Both the position numbers and the translations under genes were made by a program. A stretch of DNA of 64,000 nucleotides from Lama glama (taxonomy: Eukaryota), in the NCBI GenBank assembly GCA_028534125.1, contig CM052817.1, positions 57,042,001 through 57,106,000 on the forward strand, written 5' to 3'. The notes beneath the pieces were generated by a model. It made no database searches and had not been told where the DNA came from. It was given only the letters and a program-made list of their open reading frames with translations. Positions 1 through 11,729 of this stretch are shown here, one piece after another (the first letter of the stretch is position 1; every line of letters begins with the position of its first letter).

Positions 1-128
1 TTGCATAACCAGAAGGTAGCTTTTAGATTAGCAAGGATTCTCTTATATGGAAGATTACAGTTGCCACTCAACCATCAACCTCATGCTGGTTCTTCTTCCT
101 CTTCCTGATGTTCTTAAACCATAATAAG
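1..128 (-). pseudogene. Fossil exon (possible RGS C-terminal helix and downstream region)
   Basis: Acceptor tcttttagtttcag|CTTATTATGG. Reads AYYGLRTS, then an acidic run QEEEEE in a shifted frame. Confidence 0.45.
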
Positions 129-179
129 CTGAAACTAAAAGATATATTTAAGAACCTAGGTGCAATATAACATTATAAC

Positions 180-744
180 CATGAAGAAAATTGCTGCTGC
201 TGCAATTTCAACAATTGTATTGGCTTTATCTTTGAGAAAACAATGTAAGATTGTTTTTTCAAGGGCCTACAAAGATTCTGCTGATGAACCAACTGGATAT
301 ATACTTCCCTGATTAACAAACTTGATGAAAACCATTTCAATCTCTGAAACCACTGATAACTGCACCTCACATTTCTGAGTGATAATAATATTCCCAGTAC
401 TTCACATATACTGCCTCTTTTGATCCTAACAACAACTCTGCAGGGGGAAGAGGGGGCATTTTCATAATCCCCATTTTATAGATAAGAAAACTGAAGCAAA
501 GAGAAATGAAGTAATTGTCTTGAGATGATGCAACTAGAAAGTGATGGGGATGGAAAATGAAGTTCCAATTATTTACACCACCATGCCACGAATCCCCTTG
601 AGAGTAAGTTTTTATGGGATGTTTCTGCTCCTTCCCACTTTCAGATTACAATAATAAGTGACTAATTTTTCTTGACCAATTTAACATACTGGCCAGGTTC
701 ATAATCACCACCAAGGCAGCCCTGCAATAAATGAAAAGCACTTT
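180..744 (-). pseudogene. Fossil RGS-domain exon split by a MIR insertion
   Basis: Acceptor ccccttttctttcag|AAAG. Reads ESAFHLLQGCLGG..KWEGAETSHKNLLSRG[MIR]FTQKCEVQLSVVSEIEMVFIKFVNQGSIYPVGSSAESL*ALEKTI..AAAAIFFM, which resembles the RGS pattern W..E / IY.KF...GS.Y.V / AQ..IF.LM. Confidence 0.7.
382..590 (-). mobile_element. MIR SINE
   Basis: Core cccattttatagataagaaaactgaagca. On the minus strand it has a 5' end like gtggcatggtgg and a tattattat tail. Confidence 0.85.
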
Positions 745-952
745 CTGAAAGAAAAGGGGCCTCTGGGTCAGCTAAAGATCTGTACTTTGTCTTTAACAAA
801 GAGGGAAAAGACATTTGGTGAAATGTCTGTCAAAAATTTCAATTTAAGCCACTAACAGTTACATTTTTTACTAAAAGCTGGAAGAATGTGCCAGTTGAAA
901 ATTCCATAAAAGAGGCCAGCTTATCCTATTAAAATCTCTTTTCAGTGCTTAC

Positions 953-1068
953 TGGAACCATTAACAACTCTTGTATGAGAGAAGGACTCAGTTCAGTGTT
1001 TCTGCACAAGTTATTTCTTCTTCCATTTCTTTCCTAATAGAGTTCATTCACAGTACAGTGTCTCATTT
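953..1068 (-). pseudogene. Fossil exon (linker and RGS start)
   Basis: tttcag|AAATG...CCA|gtaagc. Phase-1 start matches the preceding exon. Ends SPSLIQELLMVP. Confidence 0.55.
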
Positions 1069-1155
1069 CTGAAAGTCCTCAGTAATCCATTATACTACAG
1101 TGGCATTTTGTTAAATTGCTCATTTATTCAATTCTGCAGGAAGACATCTTCTTAC

Positions 1156-1396
1156 CTAACAAGGATAATTTCTTACTTCTCGATTATGGGTAAAACTTGA
1201 GGGTAATAAGTTGAACAGGTTCAACTTCACTGCCTTAAAAGCTGATGAAGAACTCCTTCACCAATTCTAATTTCTTATTTCTTGATGGTGGGTAGAAATT
1301 GGAAAGTTCTTCATCTCTCGATACCCATAATACAAGTCGCTTCAGTGTGCTTACTCTAAAACAACGCTGTGTACCATTTACAGTCTTGAACTGTGG
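1156..1396 (-). pseudogene. Fossil REM (RasGEF_N)-like exon
   Basis: tttgtgcag|CCA...TAG|gtaaga, 241 nt. Reads PQFKTVNGTQRCFRVSTLKRLVLWVS..LVKEFFISF*..EPVQLI, like REM T(L)..LV.W / FV..FL. Confidence 0.65.
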
Positions 1397-2180
1397 CTGC
1401 ACAAACAAAATCAGGAAGGTCCTCCTTGTATGTGCTTTCACAAATTAACACAAAAGAGTAAGTTAATACATGTCAGCATTCACAGAATTAAGGATAAAGC
1501 TCTAAATTAACTATTCCTAAAAGAGTTAGGAAAAAAGAAGAAAACAGTGTGCTGAGGCAGATCTTTACAGAAAACTCCATAAACAGTAAAACAAACATTC
1601 TGAACACTACTTTCTATTACTAACAACAAGACTTCTGGGATGTTACAATGCACACACAATTGCAAGTAAAACTGTAATTTAGTTAACTTCACAGAAAATT
1701 ATTGTCATTAAACCTTCTAATAAGCTATGGGTAAAGCAGGTTCTACTTTAGCTTGACAGGGAACGTAAGTTATACACACCAGAAAACCAGTTGGAAGAGC
1801 CTCAAACTGTAAATTGATAGTACTGGGCTGTATTTGTTTGTAGGGAATATAAATATACTTTCCACCCCCAGTATTACATATTACGTAGGTACATCAAACT
1901 CTCAGGTGGTTTGGTGTCAACACTGAAGGTCAGGACGAATAGAATGGCAAATGCATGTAGATATACAATTAATATTCACAATTGTAAGAGTTTTGAATTT
2001 GAAAAGACACACTAAAGACTATATTTCAGAGTTCCAGAAAATAATTTCATAAACACTAGTTCTCCAGTTTGTTAAAATATGTTACCCCTTTCATTCTTCT
2101 CCAAAAGGGCATCCCTTGGTCAAAAGTTTAAGACCTGAGTAAAACAAAATTAGATAGGTGTCTTTACTGTAAGACTTTTT

Positions 2181-2324
2181 TTTTAAGTTTTACCAAGTAC
2201 TGGGGTTTTTAAAAAAATTTTGTAATTAGGTTGGTTTGTTTGTTTTAATGAAGGTATTGGGGATTGAACCTAGAACCTCAGCATGCTAGGCACACAAACT
2301 ACCACTGAGCTACACTCTCCCTCC
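2181..2324 (-). mobile_element. tRNA-derived SINE (camelid Vic-1-like)
   Basis: Reverse complement reads gtagctcagtggtag..gcatgctgaggttctaggttcaatccccaatacct. Target-site duplication TACTG(T/C)AAGACTTTTT at 2165-2180 and 2325-2340. Confidence 0.85.
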
Positions 2325-2765
2325 TACTGCAAGACTTTTTGAAACAACTTCCCAAGAGAGGAATATACTTTGCAGCATTTCTTAAGCTTTTTAACTACTA
2401 ATCCCTTTTTTTATAGAACATGTGTAGGGCATACTTTATGGAATATCAATGTAACTCAGTTCCTCAATTTAGTTATGTAAACCAAGGCAAAAGGCATGTT
2501 GATGGAGGGTTGGTATTAGGATTCAGGTCAATTTCAAAAACTGTCCTTTTCTCTCAACACCAGAAAACTGTTCTATGTTTTCCATTTTGACCCTTTGATA
2601 AATTTACTAATGTACACTTTGTTCTCATTATAAAGTTCTCCCATCATAAATTTCTCCTGCCATGAGAGTCTTGTACCTTTACCCCCTACCTCATTACTTC
2701 CCTTTATATTAATTATCCACCTACTGATGGCAGCATATTTCTAGACAGACAAGTTCTGCACTCAC

Positions 2766-2950
2766 AATGGCTGTATTACAGGAAGGCTCCAATCTTGATA
2801 CTTTATAATCACATGTTGGCGGGATGTCATCCTGCAGTGGAGGACGTATGAGAGTTAAACTAATGTACTGCATTACTTTGCAGATTGAGTGAGATCTGTA
2901 ATGAGTAACCTCAATCTAACTGAAAGAATTTCTACATTCTGAATTCACCT
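2766..2950 (-). pseudogene. Fossil linker exon
   Basis: tttttcttaacattttatag|AG...ATT|gtgagt, 185 nt with one stop. The phase-0 end joins exon 1396 in frame (CNTAI|PQFK). Confidence 0.65.
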
Positions 2951-3332
2951 CTATAAAATGTTAAGAAAAAATGAAGAGTTAACTGGAGAAGGTGGAGATA
3001 TTTAAATGAGAAAAAAAAAGAATATCATTGTTTCAGCCATAGGTAATACACCCATTATGAAAATAATTCAAATGCTATGAAAATAAAGAGCAAGAAAATG
3101 AAACAAGCCAGATGGAAAATAGTGAGAAGCAAGAAAACAGCCATATAAATAGATCACACAACAAAATGACAGCTCAAATTATCCATAGCCCAAGAAGGAC
3201 CAGGAACCAAGTACAAGACATAACCAAAGGTACAAAAGTCATTTTGATGACTTGAAATCTCTTTCTATAAGTTCATAAGGATGTTGAACTGGGGTTTTAA
3301 TGGCATACATAACTCTCCTTGTATGGACATAC

Positions 3333-3361
3333 CATGTCATGCAGGGCTATCCCAAAGAGAC
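3333..3361 (-). pseudogene. Small fossil exon, GLFGIALHDM (possible RGS helix LF..A)
   Basis: attttcag|GTCTC...ATG|gtatgt. Confidence 0.4.
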
Positions 3362-3535
3362 CTGAAAATCTATGTGGATAATGAACAGACAAATTATTTG
3401 CTACCAAACACCTTAGTAAGAGGTAGGAATCACCCATAAAAAATGGATCTCAGAGGGCAAATCCTACATATATTTGTTCCAAAAGGATGGAGATTTTGCA
3501 CATCTTAATCACCATCATATCCGTAACACTTAGAA

Positions 3536-3732
3536 CAGTGGGTTGGCAAACTTTTCCCATTAAGGGCCACATAATAAATATTTTAGACTTCAAAAACATA
3601 CTATTTCTGTCATAACTACTCAACTCTGCTGTTGTAGCACAAAAGCAGCCACAAACAATATGAAAACAAATGGGTGCGACTATGTTCCAATAAAAGTTTA
3701 TTTACAAAAACAGATAGCAGGTCAGATTTGGT
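3536..3732 (+). mobile_element. MER58A-like hAT-Charlie DNA transposon nested in an L2 3' end
   Basis: cagtgggttggcaaactttt..actcaactctgctgttgtagcacaaaagcagcc..tgttccaataaaagtttatttacaaaaacag. Confidence 0.85.
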
Positions 3733-4052
3733 TCAGATCAATGATACTGCCTGGCACATGGGTGCTCAATATATATGTGTTAAATAAAATGAGTGATACC
3801 CTTAACTAGAACTCCACCTTCCTCTGTAGCCAGAGCCTCCTTGGGCAATGTACCAGGGACAAAAAAAGAATTGAATCTACTTGTTGGAGATGATATTGAC
3901 TGTGATGCTGAGGAAGTGTAAACACAGAGCCACTGATAACCATATCTCCTGCTCTGTATCCTGCAGTAGAACAGAATGAAGCCCATTGGTGGAGATAAGG
4001 AGACAAAAGTGCCAAAGATGGAATCTTGACCACGTTCAAGGGTTGCTAGTCC

Positions 4053-4695
4053 TGTGGTGAAATCTGCAATTTGTTCCTGCTTTCCTTTGTCCCATTCTTC
4101 CTTTTCATAATAGAGCCTGCAAGTTTTAGTGGGGCATATGGCTTACCAGCTAGAGACTGTTTTCTAGCCTCTCTTGCAGTGTCATGACTAAGCTCAGACA
4201 AAGACATGGCAGCAAAAGTGACATAAATAATTTCTGTGTCACTTTCTTATAAGGAAACAGCTTACTCCATTTTCCCAATTCCCAAGCTCCAGCAGCTGCA
4301 GCTTAGACCTGACAGGAAGTGATCCAGAATAAATCATACAGAAAATATACCATGGTTAGGTATGGTGAACAATCAAATAGAAAGAACTTTGGACTCTGGA
4401 TAACACAGATCAGGTGACTTCCTCCCCCTGGACTGTCTACTCACTCATGCTTTTACATAAGAGATAAATAAATCTGTCTTATTTAAGCCATGCTATTAAA
4501 ATAGGTAAACTGATATCTTAAATAGTAAAACCCCTAAAGGACTTTTCCAAGTTCCTGCCTTCCAAACCTTGAGTGTTCTACAATTACAACGATTCTCAGA
4601 ATTATATCAGGATCTTTTCAATAAGTCATCCTTTTGTGTAATTTAGTTCCAGTTGAGTTTCTGTCATTTGAAACCAAAATTTCCCTGATAATATA
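4053..4695 (+). mobile_element. MLT1-type (ERVL-MaLR) LTR fragments
   Basis: agcctctcttgcag..catgact, aataaatctgtcttatttaagcc, and an MLT-like 3' end ctgtcatttgaaaccaaa..aatata. Confidence 0.6.
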
Positions 4696-4799
4696 AGAGA
4701 TAATGCTAGTAGTATCCAGTTATCCCTCCATGAAGAGATTATTTTTCCTTCACTGTAAGTTTAGGTTTGTATTATAACACTGAATGTGACAATTTCCTC

Positions 4800-4920
4800 A
4801 CAAATACATTTAGCAAACTAAGAGTAACTGTTCCAATTATAAACAAGACCCTGTCAAAGCCAATAATCTCTTCAGAACAGGAGGAAATAATTCTAGAAGA
4901 CTCTTAAATGAGCACATTTC
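4800..4920 (-). pseudogene. Fossil exon, possible RGS start
   Basis: ttgctttag|GAA. Reads EMCSFKSLLELF..LEQLLLVC. Confidence 0.35.
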
Positions 4921-5489
4921 CTAAAGCAACAATTTTCAAATTATTCATGGAAATTCTTCTAAGTATCTTCAAGGAGTACTTTCAAATAAAAGAAACCTAT
5001 GATAGATGGATTTAATTTATATGTGCTGCATGACCTTCAGGAAGTATCTATGACAAGATTGTTTTGGTAAATTGAGGGTGTAAGCTGCATGCACAAACAT
5101 ACATACACACAGAGAAATGAAGGCAAATTATATGGACTCTCACTCAGCTCCAAAAACATTTAACTCAATGTTTTATCATATACCTTGACCAAAAAAAGAA
5201 AGAAAATATTCAATATTGAGTAGAAACTAAAATTCTCCACTGGAAAAAAAAAAACTGAAGACAGATGAAATACATAATTTGTGATAGGGAGAAAATGAAG
5301 CCAGTAACAAGGCAGTCTGAACCAAAGGTATCAAAGTCAACCAAAGAAAATTACAGAATGGGCCCAAAACACAAAAGGGACAAGCTAAGATACTAAACAG
5401 AAAAAAGAGTAGTACTCAATAAATAAAAGTTGGTATCATTATTAGCAACGAGGTAAAATATGGACAAGTCACAGAAATCAAGACATTAA

Positions 5490-5935
5490 CTGAATATTGA
5501 CTTCATTATTTAAATTAAGCAATTTCAACTTTCCCTCAACCAGTAAAATAAGCAAATGGACTTGATCAATTGGAAAACTATTAAAACTTGGGTGAACTCA
5601 CAAAATTAGATCAGGAAAAATTTTATAATAATTTTAAGTTGGTGATTCAGCAAATCCTGATGATGTATATTTTGTCCTAAGACAAGAATTTGTATCATTT
5701 ATTATTGCATCTACATCATGTAGTACAGTGCCCAGCACATTCTAGATGTTGATCACTTGAATGAATAAATGATCAATAAATAATTCCAGAAAGCAATACT
5801 GTATGTAAGATTTCTATTAGTATCTTATTACAGCTTTTAAAGTCCTTTCTTTTCTATTCAATATCCCATGTTTTGCATATCAGTCATATAGATTTGTGAG
5901 ATGTATAGATTAAAATTTATTATTGCCAATGACTG
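5490..5935 (-). pseudogene. Fossil REM-like exon(s), interrupted by an L2 3' end at ~5675-5780
   Basis: Strong acceptor ctttttttcttttttaag|CAG. KF*SIHLTNLYD*YAK parallels FRVSTLKRLVLWVS in exon 1396; later IFPDLIL*VHPSF..PIDQVHLLI. Confidence 0.45.
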
Positions 5936-6066
5936 CTTAAAAAGAAAAAAAGCAAGTAAGTACCAGGCAGAGCCAGAAATAAAACACAAGTTTCCTGACC
6001 CATGGTATATTACCGTGAATTAGTAAGATAGCAAAAAATTCCTTCTGTTTATAAATGCTATCCTAC

Positions 6067-6819
6067 CTGTACTCTGACACCAGCAAAGTTGGAATAGAAA
6101 ACTAATCACAGAGCAAATTGTGTTTGAAACATAAATAGATGTCCTTGTTTAAAACGTTTCCTCATAGGATAAATGAAAAAGATAACTAAAACAGGGGAGG
6201 AGAGTAGTCTAACAAACAGTATCTATGGACAAGAAATACTAACGAAATTAAGAACAATTAAGAGGGGTTTGTCAATGACAAACTGTTGCCAGTAAAGCCA
6301 GCAAGTGTTCTTCCAAGAAGCACATAAAGAGAAAATAGTGTGGAACATTCTTCTTTCTACATAACTCTACTGAGAATAGATATGAAATAATGTTTCTACC
6401 ACTGTCAGTTCTTTTCTTCTAAAATGAAATGAGGGACCAGCCCCTGTTTGTTAAATTTCATATGCACAACCTACTGCTTCCCTAATGCTGCACTCTGTCT
6501 CTTCCAATTTCTCTATCAAAGTGGCAGCACAAGTCTTATGTCAATGAACAGCATAATTTAAGAAAGAAATGAAGATTGGAGAGAGGGGGAGGGGAAGGAA
6601 AGCAGGAAACAGAGAGACAGAAAAGGAGAAAAGAACTTACTGGTTTTCTAGACCTCAGTACTTATTTTCATGAAAATACTAAAACATGCTTAATTTTAAT
6701 ATATTTTTGATGGGAGAATTAAGAGTCAGCCCACCTTCTCCATGTGAATTTGCTACTGCATTGTATAGGGCAATCAGGATAGGCAAGTTAATTACTTGAC
6801 CATTTTTGTCACCATCTAT
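6067..6819 (-). pseudogene. Fossil exons 6819-6641, 6534-6482, 6418-~6270 and 6160-6067: CDC25 end plus RGS domain
   Basis: Spliced reading IDGDKNGQVINL..LTLNSPIKNILKLSMF*YFHENKY*GLENQ / TLIEKLEETECSIR|RKELTVVETLFHIYSQ. Canonical ttctccag and gtaagt sites; one donor is decayed to ggaagc. Confidence 0.7.
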
Positions 6820-7030
6820 CTGGAGAAAAATAAAAAGTGCTAAATTGCAGAACCAATGAATACTCACACCAGAAAAGCACTGACTTTTAACCAACTGACT
6901 GCCAGTAGGATGGAATTGGGTTAGAGAAAGTTCAAAAGATAGTAGAATTGATTAAAATACTGATTTAAAAGAGTAAAGAAGCAAAATCAATCCTTTATGT
7001 ACAGATTCCTAGAGTAGTTTTCCCTATTAC

Positions 7031-7377
7031 AGCACAAATAGATTTCAAATAGCAGAATATAAGCCTTAATAAGCAATTGCTCTCACAAACATTCAATGCT
7101 CATAATGTGTTTAGAAGATCCCCTAGGGAGGAAGAAAAAATGAAGAGAATACAACACTAGAAGGAAAGGAATGCCTTTCTTTTAGAGTTTGGGAAGGTAA
7201 GCAACAATGTAAAGGCCATCATTGGGAAGACTACTTAGTGATGGCTCTGAAAGCAGAATGGGTATGGTACAAGGCCCAGAAAAGCATGAAGTTTTGATTG
7301 AGTTATGTGAAAAGCCAGTAGTTCATCAGGAATTTTTATCAGTGATTTTTCTCATGCACAAAATAATTCAGTTATTC
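7031..7377 (-). pseudogene. Fossil CDC25 (RasGEF) exons
   Basis: SLIKIPDELLAFHITQSKLHAF resembles L..P.ELA.QLT....F. Exon 7122-7031 ends YLKSICA and joins IDGDKNGQVINL in phase, like YLKDL.FI.EGN..INF. Confidence 0.6.
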
Positions 7378-8047
7378 CTATTATTTCAAATTTACATTTC
7401 CTTCCTTTGAGGGAAGATGGAAACTTATGATGAGTGATAAGAATAAGCTTGAGCTGCATTCCCAAAGTATATTCTATGAGACATCAGCTCTGTAAATATA
7501 ACATGGGTGGGGGAAAATAATTAAAGTCAAATAAGTTTAGAAAACACTGCATACCATTATGGCCCTATGGAGATCTACAGTCCACAAGATTAAACCAAAG
7601 GCTCTGACGTCCTACACTAAAAATTGTCAAGTATGTTTGATCTAACACTTGCCAAACTTTTTGACACAGAACCTCTTTTGTATATAAAACTAATGCTATG
7701 GATCTAGTATTCCACAGCACACAGTTTGAGAAATATTGAACTAACGAGTTTTTAAGATGTAGAGCTTGCCAATTTTTGCAGAAAAGAATTTTTCTGGCTT
7801 TTCACTCTTTCCAGTGTCAAGCTTCCATGTGATTTTTATGGTGTGATAGGCTTAAAAGAGTGAACGTCAATTTAATCAATTATAAGGCATGTTAGAAATA
7901 AATAAATTGTCTCAATGTCCCTGGTTAATATTAACTTGATTATAAAGAATATAACATTATAACATGAGCAAGTGTAAGCTTTTTAAATTATGTTCAGAAC
8001 AAACTACAGAGAATTCAGAGTTTCACATGAACTATGTTTATTAATAC

Positions 8048-8370
8048 AGAAATTTCATCAGAAGAAAGTTCGGTTACAGCTCTTCTATCATCATTCACCA
8101 GTCCTGACGAAATAGCATTAGATTTCTCATTTATTAATGAGAAATTGATGACAAGGAACTTACCACTACACTTCTAGACTCTCAGTTGCTCACTAACTTC
8201 CTTTGGTTGTATTATAGAACTTTGAGAAATCCAGAAGGTCCATGAAACCTAACAGGAGGGATAGGCTGTTATCCAAGTATGCCTGGGACTCTATACGGCA
8301 AGGTAGAAATTCTGTTAGGAGGGAGTGAGGGTCTATGTAATAGCTGACACTGGCATAATTAGCCACCAAT
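8048..8370 (-). pseudogene. Fossil REM exons 8370-8164 and 8103-8048
   Basis: ttttccag|ATT..GTG|gtaagt. Reads YYIDPHSLLTEF..(frameshift)FWISQ..EVSEQL. The next exon is open and in phase (GLVNDDRRAVTELSSDEIS). Confidence 0.6.
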
Positions 8371-8469
8371 CTGGAAAAAAATGAAGCTGAAACCCAACCC
8401 CACACCATGTACATAAACAAAAAAATCTTAATACAGTAATTATCAAAGTCTGAAAATGAAATAATAAGA

Positions 8470-9240
8470 AATTTTAGGATAATATCTCAATAACCTTGAG
8501 GTAGGGAAGACCTTCTTAAGTAAGAGGAAAAACTTAGAAGTCAGAGAGTAAATATTAAACAATTTAACCACATAAAGAATTTAGAATTTTATGTGGAAAA
8601 ATATGCCAAAAAGTAAAATGAAAAAGACAAATGATGAATTTGGGGAAATATCTGCAACAACACACCAAAGACACACAGGGATTATATATTATCCCTTATA
8701 TGTGAAGAAACAAAGAAAAAAATAAAGAAACAGAGAGAAAAAAGCCCAACAAGTCTAGAGGAATGCAAATGGCTAATAAACATGAAAAAGTGCTCCCTCT
8801 CACTAGTAACTACTAAAATGTAAATTATATTCAAAATAGCATTTCTTCTCCACAAATAGCAATTTGTGAATGATAAAAGAGGGCTACTAAGCAGGATAAA
8901 AGGAACAACACGCCTTCGTTTTTGGTGGATATGTGGACAGGGCAATATGGCACCTAAGAACACTATAACCTTTTTTAAAGTTATTTACAATGTTTATTCA
9001 AATGAAAAGTATGTGTTTATTTTCTCCAGATATTCCCGTTTTTAAAAATCTACCCTATTAAAGATAGAAGCACTGGTACATAAGAATAGCTATTCAAGGA
9101 TGCTTAATATAGCACTGTTGGCAATAACAATAAAAGTGAAAACTCACAAAAGTCTATCAGTAGGAAAGGAAATTTAGAAGATTATGTGGCCACTTGTTAA
9201 ATCAACTGGTTCTGTGTCTACTGACGTAAGGGGTATCCAT
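8470..9240 (+). mobile_element. Old L1 (L1M) 3' fragment
   Basis: accttgaggtagggaagaccttcttaag; aatggctaataaacatgaaaaagtgctccctctcactagtaa; aaggatgcttaatatagcactgtt. Confidence 0.7.
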
Positions 9241-9950
9241 GACTCACTAACATGTAAGCTTTAGGACAGCAGTAAGTCATCCATCTTGCTAACCATCACA
9301 TCCTTAGTGCCTAGAACACTGCTTGGCACATAGAGATATGCAGTGACTAATTCTGAATGGATAGAGTTTTAAATAAAAAATAACTGTGAAGAATATATAT
9401 TATTTCTGTTTTGTAAAAATACTAACACATGGGTATATACATACCTATATTTGTATGCATACATATGTGTATTTGTATGTATATATACCTACATGGATAT
9501 GTATGTATCCATAGAAATGGAGATACAAACATACATTCTTGGCTGTTAGCTTTAGTAGTCTATTTAAGGAGATGGGAGGCAGAGGGAATTATTAACTTCC
9601 CTTTATAAAGGCTTGTTTTTACTTGTTATAACAAAAGTGCATTAGCATTAGGAAGTTCTTCCTAATATAATAACAAAAAATCTAAAGGAAAAAGTCTAGA
9701 AGGTTTATTAAAGATAATTGATAAGAGATAACATAGAAAGGACAATTCAAATTATATTCTTCAGGGATCATTTTTTGCTAATCCCCAGTGAATCTCACAG
9801 CCTTGCATAGACTAGTTTAAACAAAGAATGATCTATACCACAGAACTGATGGACAAATGTCTGGCTACTATAAATTTATCAGGACACCTATTAAGGTAAG
9901 TAAGTGAGTAAGAATATAAAAATATAGATCATCCATCCTAGATAACATAC

Positions 9951-10074
9951 AAAGAGAGCCACCAAGGCTGTACAAATGGATCTTTGTTCCATCCATTCAT
10001 CTTTGCTGTTAATTATGTGGCTGAAGGTTGGAAATGAGTTGTTGGTGTTCCACATGCTGGCAGTACTCTAGCCA
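9951..10074 (-). pseudogene. Fossil exon, REM start
   Basis: tttcctttctccatag|TGG...TTT|gtatgt. FPTFSHIINS..CTALV/WLS parallels PQFKTVNG..TLKRLVLWVS in exon 1396. Confidence 0.5.
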
Positions 10075-10264
10075 CTATGGAGAAAGGAAACATAACACGC
10101 TGGGACTACCTTAGCACAGAGAAAAGGGGTAAAGTGGGGGAGACCGTCTTGGCTGGTTATTCATTGCTTACTACAGAGATGAAAGACACATGTTTGGAAG
10201 AAAGTCAGAGAAGGAGAATAAACAGGCAACTCAGACAGTTGGAACCTCTTTTAAAAGGAGGTTG

Positions 10265-10764
10265 NNNNNNNNNNNNNNNNNNNNNNNNNNNNNNNNNNNN
10301 NNNNNNNNNNNNNNNNNNNNNNNNNNNNNNNNNNNNNNNNNNNNNNNNNNNNNNNNNNNNNNNNNNNNNNNNNNNNNNNNNNNNNNNNNNNNNNNNNNNN
10401 NNNNNNNNNNNNNNNNNNNNNNNNNNNNNNNNNNNNNNNNNNNNNNNNNNNNNNNNNNNNNNNNNNNNNNNNNNNNNNNNNNNNNNNNNNNNNNNNNNNN
10501 NNNNNNNNNNNNNNNNNNNNNNNNNNNNNNNNNNNNNNNNNNNNNNNNNNNNNNNNNNNNNNNNNNNNNNNNNNNNNNNNNNNNNNNNNNNNNNNNNNNN
10601 NNNNNNNNNNNNNNNNNNNNNNNNNNNNNNNNNNNNNNNNNNNNNNNNNNNNNNNNNNNNNNNNNNNNNNNNNNNNNNNNNNNNNNNNNNNNNNNNNNNN
10701 NNNNNNNNNNNNNNNNNNNNNNNNNNNNNNNNNNNNNNNNNNNNNNNNNNNNNNNNNNNNNNNN
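10265..10764. other. Assembly gap (500 N)
   Basis: Run of N. Confidence 1.
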
Positions 10765-11114
10765 AACAACATATTCTAAGAAAAGTTACTAAAACTAAAC
10801 TTGTCCTTAGTTGCCTGTCAGAGGGCACAATACTCTGCTTTGTTGCTCTATGTATTATGGAGTTATGATAATACCTGGGATTGAATTCTGACTCCATCAA
10901 TGACTGTAACCAAGTCATTTAACCTTTCTGTGCCCCAGTTTCCATACTGTGGAAGCAAAGCTATAGTAATACCTACCTCATTTGAGTGGAACAAGGAATC
11001 TATGTTTAGTGATCTCCTTGATGATTTTTATGCACACTGAAGTTTAAAAACCACTGCTATAAAGTAATGCTTTTAAGAATAGCATTAAAACAGCAAATAA
11101 GATATTTCCACTAC

Positions 11115-11219
11115 CCAAAGTGAGTTAATGTGCCTTCACTGAATCATTATCCTGGGTACACTTAGTAGCTAGATCCTTTATCATAAATGGGAGAGCTTGG
11201 CATATACAATATGCTTTAC

Positions 11220-11266
<47 letters not shown>

Positions 11267-11546
11267 CATCAGCAAAATGAAAGAAGGAAATAGGGAGGAA
11301 AGAAAGAAAACACTCACATGATTCAAAGTGGATTTTGCCATTAAGTGTCTGTTGGCTGTAAATGCATGATAACACTTGTGAATGTGATACTAATGATGCA
11401 GTTGCCTAATAGACTCAACACAAATAATGCAGAAAATTACAAATAATGCAGACTCAATTACCACTGAATGCAGGCAAAAGGCAATTGAAGATGTAACACA
11501 CTTCATTCTACGTTATCCCTGTTCCTTCCACTCAGTTAAGATAGGC
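11115..11546 (-). pseudogene. Fossil CDC25 exons 11546-11462, 11355-11318 and 11195-~11115
   Basis: RPILTEWKEQ (RL..TW-like), ANRHLMAKSTLNH with donor gtgagt, and ALPFMIKDLATKCTQDNDSV (IPF..LKDL-like). Confidence 0.65.
11221..11264 (+). repeat. (GT)n microsatellite
   Basis: About 22 GT units. Confidence 0.98.
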
Positions 11547-11729
11547 CTAACGCTAGAGAAATTCCCTTTCCCAATTATTTTCCAGGTCCTCTCAAAGGCA
11601 TACTTCTCCCCCAGGTTCTTTGACTCATCCCAATATCAGGGCCAGTAGCTATTTGTATAATGTTTATATAGCCTAATCTCTACTGTAAAAGAGACAAAGA
11701 CAGCCATACTGGTTTTGGAGAAGGAAATT

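Noticed and set aside
3333..3361. RhoGAP-like start GLFGIAL
   Set aside because: No downstream RhoGAP motifs, and the position fits the end of an RGS module.
6790..6819. EF-hand-like DGDKNGQV
   Set aside because: In spliced context (YLKSICA|IDGDKNGQVINL) it fits the CDC25 C-terminal motif better, and it lacks the position-12 acidic residue.
9789..9895. Plus-strand exon candidate with AAG|gtaagt
   Set aside because: Isolated, with no coding signal. The same bases serve as a minus-strand acceptor tract.
10077..10918. Long ORFs of 173-263 aa in the ORF track
   Set aside because: Artefacts of translating through the N gap.
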